Assembly (NCBI RefSeq): GCF_035948235.1
Contig: NZ_DASZJJ010000089.1
Coordinates: 3,467 to 67,466, forward strand
Direction of reading: 5' to 3'
Length of the DNA: 64,000 bases
Source: Paraburkholderia sp.
GTDB taxonomy: Bacteria; Pseudomonadota; Gammaproteobacteria; Burkholderiales; Burkholderiaceae
The notes below the pieces were generated by a model, which was given only the letters and a program-made list of their open reading frames with translations, did not search any database and was not told where the DNA came from. Below, piece by piece: positions 57,011 through 64,000 of the stretch (its first letter is position 1; every line of letters begins with the position of its first letter). Position numbers and translations under genes: made by a program.

Positions 57011-57173
57011 GAGCGGCTCCTGTGTGGAAGGCAGTCATCCTACCTGACGCATCCCCTCAGTGACCGAAAACATTTAGTCAGGAAAACTACCAAGCCTGAC
57101 AGGGCGACGAAATTAATGCATGGATGTCCCGACTATCCAACATAGTTCATGACTACAAGCAAGGAATAAAGTG

Positions 57174-57207
57174 AAAAAAGCGCTTCCCGGATGACTTCGG
57201 GAAGCGC
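57174..57207 (-). terminator. Rho-independent terminator downstream of the ADC-like gene
   Basis: On the minus strand it reads GCGCTTCCCG-AAGTCAT-CCGGGAAGCGC followed by TTTTTT. Confidence 0.85.
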
Positions 57208-57239
57208 AGCGGCCCTCGTTGTTATGCGATTGTTCGATG

Positions 57240-58046
57240 TTATTTTTTGTAATCGATTAGCGTCTTCAGGTCCGTCACGCTATAGGCCATCGACCCGCGA
57301 TAACCCGCACCCACGCGTAGCGGCTGAAGATCGGCGATCTCTTCGCCATGCGCAGGCGGAAATGTCAGTTGGCCCGCGCCACTCCACACGTCGGCAATTT
57401 GCGGGTTATCCATTACTGAGAGCACCAGTTCGTTGACTGCGGGCTTATCGTGCTCGCCCGCCGCGAGGCGCGGGAAATAACGCAGATTGACAACTGGACG
57501 GCCCGCGATGCCAAGCTTCGATACATCTTCAACGGCCTTCTCCAGCTTGACTTCGGCGCGCGCGAGACGCTGTCCCGCCGACGATGCCGTTGCGGCGAAG
57601 CGCGTGCCCGCCGCGATGGGCGCGGCCGCCGGGCTTTGCGCCGCGAACGTGCGCGTCTGATGGACCTGGCCATAGCGCTTAGGGAAGCCCTGAATCAGCC
57701 CGCGCATCATGGCCGAATCGTTGTCCACGAAGATATACGGGCAGAAGGAGACCGGCTTGCCGTCGTGCAGCGCGTCCACGAGAATAAAAAACTCGCGGTA
57801 TTGATAGCGCGCCGGATCGAGCATTTCATCGTTGTTCGACGTGAATTGCCAGTCGATAAAAAGAGCGCTTGCATGGCCGGGCGAGGCGGGATCGAGTGTC
57901 AGGCCCTTGGGGAGCACGGCTTCCACGGCGGCAGGATCGGCCCAGAATTCGACGAGGACGAAGTCGCCCGAGTAGTGCCACGGCGGCGGCGGTGCGATGC
58001 TCGACAGGCCACGGGGAGAAAGCGGAACGGTATAGGGCGTATTCAT
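57240..58046 (-). CDS. Acetoacetate decarboxylase (ADC) family protein
   Basis: 268 aa with PPPWHYSGDFVLVEFWADP...LPKGL, typical of the N-terminal region of ADC-fold enzymes. Confidence 0.75.
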   Translation of the reverse strand: MNTPYTVPLSPRGLSSIAPPPPWHYSGDFVLVEFWADPAAVEAVLPKGLTLDPASPGHASALFIDWQFTSNNDEMLDPARYQYREFFILVDALHDGKPVSFCPYIFVDNDSAMMRGLIQGFPKRYGQVHQTRTFAAQSPAAAPIAAGTRFAATASSAGQRLARAEVKLEKAVEDVSKLGIAGRPVVNLRYFPRLAAGEHDKPAVNELVLSVMDNPQIADVWSGAGQLTFPPAHGEEIADLQPLRVGAGYRGSMAYSVTDLKTLIDYKK

Positions 58047-58101
58047 AAGGATTCCATATTTATATCAAAGGAACGGCGCGATGGCGCCGCGAGGTGACAG
58101 G

Positions 58102-59646
58102 TCAGATGACGGCTTCGATCAGCATTGGGCCGCGCCGCTGCATTGCGCTGGCAAACGCGGCGTCGAAGGCCGCCGCCGATTCAACGCGCACCGCCTCGAC
58201 GCCCATGCCTTGTGCAAGCGCGACCCAGTCGAGCGTCGGATTACCCAGATCGAACATGGAGCCGGCGCGCGCGCCGTCGGTGCGGGCGTGCACGCGCTTG
58301 AGTTCGTTGGCGAGAATGCGGTAGCCGCGGTTCGCGTAGATCACCGTCACGACGTCGATGTTTTCGCGCGCCTGGGTCCAGAGCGACTGGACCGTGTACA
58401 TGGCGCTGCCATCGCCCTGAAGATTGACGACCTTGCGATCGGGGCAGGCGATGCCCGCGCCGATCGATACCGGCATCAGACAGCCGATTGCGCCGCCCGT
58501 GAGCGTCAGCATGTCGTGCGGCGCGGCGGTTTCGGTCATGGCCGAATAGCCCATCGCCAGCGAGGCTTCTTCGGTGATGATGGCGTGTTCGGGCAGATGG
58601 CGCGCGACGCTGCGCATGATCGATTCGCCGTTGAGGGCGCCGTCCGGCGCTGCGCCGAATGATGTGCGCGCGTTGGTCGCCGCAACGACCTGGCCGGCGC
58701 CCAGCGCGTCCACGAGCGAAGCGAGCGCCGTCGCTCCGTCCTCATGCGGATGCGCCAGCACGGCGATGCGGCAGCCTTGCGGCGTGAGCCAACTGGGCTT
58801 GTCCGGGTAGCCGAAGAAGCTGACCGGCGGCTGCGCGCCGACCAGCACGAGCAGTTCCGTGCCCGCGAGGAACTCGACCACCTGTTCGGCGAAATACGGC
58901 AGGCGCTCGACGCGCACCCGGCCCGCGCCACGCTCGATGCGCGGCGCGAAGGTATCGCACAGCAGTCGCGCGCCGGTTTTCGCGGCGATGCGGCCGGCGG
59001 CTTGCAGGCCCTCGCCCTGTAACGCGTTGCCGCGCAGCAGGAAAGCCGTGCGTACGCCGCTTTGCGTGAGCCTGGCGATGCGCTCGATGGCGGCCGCGTC
59101 CACCTGCGCTTGCGTCGGCACGGGCAGCGGCGCGGCGGCGCCGTCCGCGCTCGACCAGGCCGTGTCGGCCGGCAGGATCAGCGTGGCGATCTGGCCCGCG
59201 CCACTGCGGGCGGCCTGCACCGCGCGTGCGGCGTCGGCGCCCACTGTCAGCGCACTTTTCGAGGCATGAATCCAGTGCGACACGGGACGGGCGAAGCCGG
59301 GAATATCGGAGGTGAGCGGCGCGTCATACAGCGAGTGACCCGACGCATGATCGCCGACGATGTTGACGACCGGGCTCGATGCGCGGCGCGCATTGTGCAG
59401 ATTCGCCAGACCATTGGCGAGACCGGGGCCCAGATGCAGCAAGGTGCAGGCGGGCTTGCCCGCCATCCGGCCATAGCCGTCGGCTGCGCCCGTCACGACG
59501 CCCTCGAACAGGCCTAGCACCGGCCGCATGCCCGGCACCTCGTCCAGCGCCGCCACGAAATGCATCTCGGACGTGCCAGGATTGCCGAAGCAGACTTCCA
59601 CACCACTTGCCACCAGCGAACGCAACAGACTTTCAGCGCCGTTCAT
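58102..59646 (-). CDS. Thiamine-pyrophosphate enzyme (acetolactate synthase large subunit-like)
   Basis: It has N-terminal GVEVCFGNPGTSEMH and the TPP motif GDGSAMYTVQSLWT...YANRGY. Confidence 0.85.
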   Translation of the reverse strand: MNGAESLLRSLVASGVEVCFGNPGTSEMHFVAALDEVPGMRPVLGLFEGVVTGAADGYGRMAGKPACTLLHLGPGLANGLANLHNARRASSPVVNIVGDHASGHSLYDAPLTSDIPGFARPVSHWIHASKSALTVGADAARAVQAARSGAGQIATLILPADTAWSSADGAAAPLPVPTQAQVDAAAIERIARLTQSGVRTAFLLRGNALQGEGLQAAGRIAAKTGARLLCDTFAPRIERGAGRVRVERLPYFAEQVVEFLAGTELLVLVGAQPPVSFFGYPDKPSWLTPQGCRIAVLAHPHEDGATALASLVDALGAGQVVAATNARTSFGAAPDGALNGESIMRSVARHLPEHAIITEEASLAMGYSAMTETAAPHDMLTLTGGAIGCLMPVSIGAGIACPDRKVVNLQGDGSAMYTVQSLWTQARENIDVVTVIYANRGYRILANELKRVHARTDGARAGSMFDLGNPTLDWVALAQGMGVEAVRVESAAAFDAAFASAMQRRGPMLIEAVI

Positions 59647-59750
59647 TTCGGATCACTCCTTGTCAGGACGTCGACAATCGACGTATGAGGCGATCCTAAC
59701 TATGTCGGTACTATGCAAAAATACAGCCTGATCTGAAAAATTGTTACGTC

Positions 59751-60758
59751 ATGCGCAAGAATCTCGAATACGGCTTGCTGCACGCCATGAACGCATTTGT
59801 GCGCGTGGTGGACGCGGGCAGCTTTACCGGCGCCGCAGAGCACATGGCGCTGACGACGGCACAGGTCTCGCGGCTTGTGTCCGAACTGGAAAACCGCCTG
59901 CAAACCAAGCTGTTGCAGCGCACGACGCGCCGCCTCGCGCTCACGAGCGCGGGCGAGCGCTATGCCAACCAGTGCCGCACGATTCTCGAACTGGTCTCGG
60001 AAGCGGAAAGCGAGGCGAGCGGCGCGCGCATCCAGCCCTCCGGGCGCTTGCGCGTGCTGTGCATGTCGAGTTTCGGGGATCGCTACGTGGTGCCGCTCGT
60101 CACCCGGTACTGCGCGCTGTATCCGACGGTGATGGTCGAATACGGCGCGTCGCAATACGTCCCGGACCTGCTTGCCGAAGGCGTGGACGTTAGCGTGTAT
60201 CTGACGCGGCGTCTGCCCGATTCGAGCCTCGTCGCGCAACGTCTGGGCGCGGTATATGGGGTGCTGTGCGCCGCCCCCGCGTATCTCGCGCGGCATGGCG
60301 CGCCGAAGAGCGTGGCGGCATTGGCCGATCACGCGTGCCTGCGTCTCATCAATCCATCGACCACGGCGCATTGGGAATTGACCGATGGGCGCACGACACA
60401 TGCGTTCGAGCCAGCGGGGCCGCTGATCGGCGACCATCCCGAGGCCGTTTTGCAGGCGGCGCGCAGCGGTCTGGGGATTGCGATGCTGCCGGGTTTTGCC
60501 GCGCTGGACGCGCTTGAGCGCGGCGAACTGGTGCATGTGCTGCCGCGCTGGCGCTCGCCGGATGTGGACGTCTATGTGCTGATGCCGTCGAGAAAATTTC
60601 TCGAAGCCAAGACACGCGCGTGGGTTGAGTTGTTGAAGGCGGAATTGCCGCCCGTACTCGAACGCGACGCCGCGCGAATTGAAGCCAATGCCAGACAGAT
60701 TGAGGACGTCAAGGCCGTCAAGCCCGCGAAACCCAGGCGGCGCGCGGCGCGCTCGTAA
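59751..60758 (+). CDS. LysR-family transcriptional regulator
   Basis: The HTH is MNAFVRVVDAGSFTGAAEHMALTTAQVSRLVSELENRLQTKLLQRTTR. It is divergent from the TPP/ADC operon and has a Lys/Arg-rich C-terminal tail. Confidence 0.9.
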   Translation: MRKNLEYGLLHAMNAFVRVVDAGSFTGAAEHMALTTAQVSRLVSELENRLQTKLLQRTTRRLALTSAGERYANQCRTILELVSEAESEASGARIQPSGRLRVLCMSSFGDRYVVPLVTRYCALYPTVMVEYGASQYVPDLLAEGVDVSVYLTRRLPDSSLVAQRLGAVYGVLCAAPAYLARHGAPKSVAALADHACLRLINPSTTAHWELTDGRTTHAFEPAGPLIGDHPEAVLQAARSGLGIAMLPGFAALDALERGELVHVLPRWRSPDVDVYVLMPSRKFLEAKTRAWVELLKAELPPVLERDAARIEANARQIEDVKAVKPAKPRRRAARS

Positions 60759-60915
60759 ACTGTAATTGTCCAGTTAAGGCAGTGCGATACGATATGCATC
60801 CCGAAACGGGGTGCGAAGCGCGGCGGTAAGTATTTTCAAAACGCTTTCAATCGACACGCGCTGTCCATCCCATCACTGACCTGTTTCCTTCTCGCTGCCA
60901 AGACCGGGCCTGTTC

Positions 60916-62109
60916 ATGCCTAGTGCCGTCGCTCTATTGGGAACCCTGATCGTTTCCTGTCTGATCAGTGTGGCCGTGCTGGGCTCGCTCGCCCGCACCG
61001 GCTTGCCGGGCGTGATCCGTTGGTGCCTGGGCTATGCGCTGCTGGCTGCCGCCTCGTGCTGGATACTGATTGCTGGCGCGCAGGGCCGCGCCATCACCAT
61101 CGTGGGCGTCTCGTTCGCGACGCTAAGCGCCGTGTTGCTGCTCGTGCAGGGCACGCGCGGCTTCTTCGGCATGCAACCCGTGCGGCGCGACGAATGCGTC
61201 GCGCTGCTCGTGGTCTGCGCCGCGCTGGCGTACTTCACCTGTGTCTCGCCCAATATCGGCGCGCGCGGCGTGCTTATCTCGCTGGGACTGATTTACGGCA
61301 GGATCGTGGTGGGCGCGCTGGCGCTGCGTCACGCATCGGGCGAGCGCACGCGCTACGCCTGCCGGCTGATCGCCGTGTCGGCGTGGCTCGGTGCACTGGT
61401 GTACTTCGCGCGGATCGCCGCAATCGCCTCCGGCAAGATGCCGACGCTTTCGTTCATTCAGCCGTCGCCGTGGAATGTCGTGCTCATGGGACTGGCGATT
61501 GTCACCTTGCCCTGCATGTCGACGGGCATGGTCATGCTGGCGCACGAGCGCATCCTGCAGCGCATGGAAAAGCTCGCCACCGTCGATGAACTGACCGGCG
61601 CGCTGACACGGCGCGCATTCATGGAACGCGCCAACGCATTGCTCGATGCGGTGCGTGCGCGGGGCGGCTCTTTTTCGATCGCGATTCTCGATATCGACAA
61701 ATTCAAGGCCGTCAACGACAGCTTTGGCCACGCGGTCGGCGACCGGCTGCTGGCCCAGGTGTCGTCGGCGGTGAGCGCGCAGTTGCGGGCGGGTGATCTG
61801 TTCGGGCGGCTGGGTGGCGAGGAGTTTGCCGTGCTGTTCGCACAGGCGGACAAGCACGATGCGCTAAGGATGACGAACGAATTGCGTGCGGCGGTGGAGC
61901 GCTCGTCGGCTCACGGCGTGAGCTGCACGCTGAGCGCTGGCGTCGATGCAATCGGCGCGCACGATACGCTGGAGAGCGCCATCGTGCGCGCCGACGCCGC
62001 GCTTTATGTCGCGAAGGCGTCGGGGCGCAACTGCGTCACCCTCGCGCCTCAAACCGACGTGGCCGACGCCGCATGCGCCGCCGAACCCCGTCGTGCCGAG
62101 CCTGCCTGA
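60916..62109 (+). CDS. Membrane-anchored diguanylate cyclase (GGDEF domain)
   Basis: About six N-terminal TM segments are followed by DELTGALTRRAF, DIDKFKAVNDSFGH and the GGEEF active site. Confidence 0.9.
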   Translation: MPSAVALLGTLIVSCLISVAVLGSLARTGLPGVIRWCLGYALLAAASCWILIAGAQGRAITIVGVSFATLSAVLLLVQGTRGFFGMQPVRRDECVALLVVCAALAYFTCVSPNIGARGVLISLGLIYGRIVVGALALRHASGERTRYACRLIAVSAWLGALVYFARIAAIASGKMPTLSFIQPSPWNVVLMGLAIVTLPCMSTGMVMLAHERILQRMEKLATVDELTGALTRRAFMERANALLDAVRARGGSFSIAILDIDKFKAVNDSFGHAVGDRLLAQVSSAVSAQLRAGDLFGRLGGEEFAVLFAQADKHDALRMTNELRAAVERSSAHGVSCTLSAGVDAIGAHDTLESAIVRADAALYVAKASGRNCVTLAPQTDVADAACAAEPRRAEPA

Positions 62110-62127
62110 GGCCCGGGCGCGCAGAAC

Positions 62128-63249
62128 TCAGACCAGTTCGCGCAGCGCGGCGGGTTCGAAACCGCGCAGGCTGTTCGCATCGCCCTGGCGCACCTTCGCG
62201 GCCCAGTGCGGATCGGAGATCAGCGCGCGGCCCACGGCGATCAGATCGAACTCGTTACGCTCCATGCGTTCGAGCAGGCGGTCGAGGCCGACGCTGGTCG
62301 AACTCTCGCCGCCGAACGCCGCCATGAAGTCGCCCGACAGACCGACCGAGCCCACGCTGATGGTCGCCGCGCCGGTGAGCTTCTTCGCCCAGCCGGCGAA
62401 GTTCAGACCCGACTCGCCGTCGATTTCCGGGAATTCCGGTTCCCAGAAGCGGCGCTGCGAACAGTGCAGCACGTTGGCGCCAGCCTCGACGAGCGGCTCC
62501 AGCCATTGCGCCATTTCCTGCGGCGTATGCGCGAGACGCGCCTTGTAGTCCTGTTGCTTCCACTGGCTCACGCGGATCACGATCGGGAAATCCGGGCCGA
62601 CCGCCGCGCGCACGGCGGCGACGATTTCCGCCGCAAAACGCGCGCGCTCGCCGATGCTCGGGCCGCCGTAGCGATCGTCGCGCTGGTTGCTGCCGGACCA
62701 GAAGAACTGGTCGATCAGATAACCGTGCGCGCCGTGCAGCTCGATCGTGTCGAAGCCGAGCCGCTTGGCGTCGGCGGCGGCCTGGGCGAAGGCCGCGATC
62801 GTATCAGCGATATCGGCATCGGCCATCGCGACGCCGCGCTCCACGCCCGGGGCGTCGAGACCCGACGGGCTTTCAACCGGCGCATCCGGCGTCCAGTCGC
62901 TCATGAAACTCTTGACCGCGCCCGTGTGCCAGAGCTGCGGGCCCATCTTGCCGCCCGCCGCATGGACCTCGTCGATCACGTGTTGCCAGCCCGACAGCGC
63001 CTGGTCGCCGTGGAAGAACGGAATGCCGGGATCGTTGCGCGAGGCGGGGCGGTTCACCACCGTGCCTTCGGAGAGGATCAGGCCCACGCCGCCTTCCGCG
63101 CGACGGCGGTAGTAGGCGGCGTTGTGCGCGCCGGGGATGCCCTCGGGCGCGAACGAGCGCGTCATCGGCGCCATGACGATGCGGTTCGGCAGGGTCAGCG
63201 AGCCGACGGTGAAGGGCTGAAACAGGATATCGGACGAAAACGACGGCAT
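62128..63249 (-). CDS. Old Yellow Enzyme family NADH:flavin oxidoreductase
   Basis: It has LPNRIVMAPMTR, ELHGAHGYLIDQF and a TIM-barrel OYE pattern. Confidence 0.9.
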   Translation of the reverse strand: MPSFSSDILFQPFTVGSLTLPNRIVMAPMTRSFAPEGIPGAHNAAYYRRRAEGGVGLILSEGTVVNRPASRNDPGIPFFHGDQALSGWQHVIDEVHAAGGKMGPQLWHTGAVKSFMSDWTPDAPVESPSGLDAPGVERGVAMADADIADTIAAFAQAAADAKRLGFDTIELHGAHGYLIDQFFWSGSNQRDDRYGGPSIGERARFAAEIVAAVRAAVGPDFPIVIRVSQWKQQDYKARLAHTPQEMAQWLEPLVEAGANVLHCSQRRFWEPEFPEIDGESGLNFAGWAKKLTGAATISVGSVGLSGDFMAAFGGESSTSVGLDRLLERMERNEFDLIAVGRALISDPHWAAKVRQGDANSLRGFEPAALRELV

Positions 63250-63398
63250 GGAACAGAGACTCCGTGTCGAATGAAGCAGGTTTTATCGGTTGAGATCGCT
63301 GGAAATCCCATGGAATTCAGCGGCACCCCGAATGGTATATTCTGGATACCAGACGTCAATAACGCACTTTGTTTCGCCCAGGTATCTTTGAGGAAACC

Positions 63399-63773
63399 AT
63401 GCCCGACTGCCGAGAGCATTTTTCTGTGAATTGTCCGAGTCGCCTGCTGTTCGACCAGATCGCCGACAAATGGTCGATGATGATCCTGACCGTGCTCGAT
63501 GGCGGCCCGCTGCGCTTTAACGCGATCAAACGCCATCTGGAAGGCGTCACGCAAAAAGCGCTCACGCAATGTCTGCGGCGGCTGGAGCGCAACGGTCTGG
63601 TTTCGCGGCGTGTCATTCCGGTTTCACCGGTGGCGGTCGAGTATGAAATCACGCCGCTTGGCCGCTCCTTGCAGGCGCCATTCAAGGCGCTGTACGGCTG
63701 GACGCTGCGCAACATGGATGCCGTGGAAGCCGCGCGCGCGGCGTTCGACGCGCGCATGGAAAGCGTCGCTTAA
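63399..63773 (+). CDS. HxlR-family transcriptional regulator
   Basis: It has CPSRLLFDQIADKWSMMILTVLDGGPLRFNAIKRHLEGVTQKALTQCLRRLERNGLV. It is divergent from the OYE reductase, a classic pairing. Confidence 0.9.
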   Translation: MPDCREHFSVNCPSRLLFDQIADKWSMMILTVLDGGPLRFNAIKRHLEGVTQKALTQCLRRLERNGLVSRRVIPVSPVAVEYEITPLGRSLQAPFKALYGWTLRNMDAVEAARAAFDARMESVA

Positions 63774-63871
63774 AAACCGGGTCATGCCGCGCGCGGTAAA
63801 ACAGGATTGACAAGTGTCGCCCTTATAATTAACGTTCGTTTACTGAACGATCGTTCTATAAAGGAGACAGC

Positions 63872-64000
63872 ATGGCGACAGACAACTCGCGGCCGAAGGT
63901 CGCGCTCGTGATTGGCGCAGGCGATGCCACAGGGGGCGCGATTGCCGCCCGGTTCGCGCGCGAAGGCTATATCGCCTGTGTGGTCCGGCGCTCGGCCGAG
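63872..64000 (+). CDS. SDR-family oxidoreductase, 3' end outside window
   Basis: AAGGAGACAGC precedes the ATG. The N-terminus is MATDNSRPKVALVIGAGDATGGAIAARFAREGY (a Rossmann-like Gly motif). Confidence 0.75.
   Translation, partial: MATDNSRPKVALVIGAGDATGGAIAARFAREGYIACVVRRSAE

Overview
High-GC, gene-dense chromosomal segment that looks like an accessory or secondary-replicon region of a Burkholderiaceae genome (Paraburkholderia/Burkholderia-like). The lineage guess rests on OmpC-type porins, DUF3331 and DUF4148 proteins, and many LysR regulators. I support about 59 protein-coding genes, with no rRNA, tRNA, CRISPR array, transposase or integrase. Content is mostly catabolic and redox enzymes (3-4 SDRs, 2 aldo-keto reductases, amidase, amidohydrolases, OYE flavin reductase), transporters, two porins and a dense set of regulators (8 LysR, 2 LuxR-type, AraC, HxlR, FrmR, H-NS). 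Recognisable modules are frmR-adhC (formaldehyde detoxification), a divergent DipZ/redoxin pair, a phospholipase C / phosphodiesterase-LamG lipoprotein cluster, a YdeP-type molybdoenzyme followed by cytochrome bd-type oxidase genes, and a TPP enzyme plus acetoacetate-decarboxylase-like pair. The most interesting unit is a tightly coupled four-gene minus-strand operon at 29356-31893: a Cys-containing exported DUF2282 peptide, a DUF692 (MNIO) enzyme, DUF2063 and DoxX. This is the signature of bufferin/gig-type RiPP metallophore clusters. The second candidate is an orphan pol-beta-fold nucleotidyltransferase at 18733-19782, preceded by two 29-bp palindromes in an AT-rich island. Many long ORFs in the six-frame track are antisense or off-frame artefacts of the high GC content and were rejected. 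All functional calls come from motif and family recognition by eye, and none has been checked by a database search.
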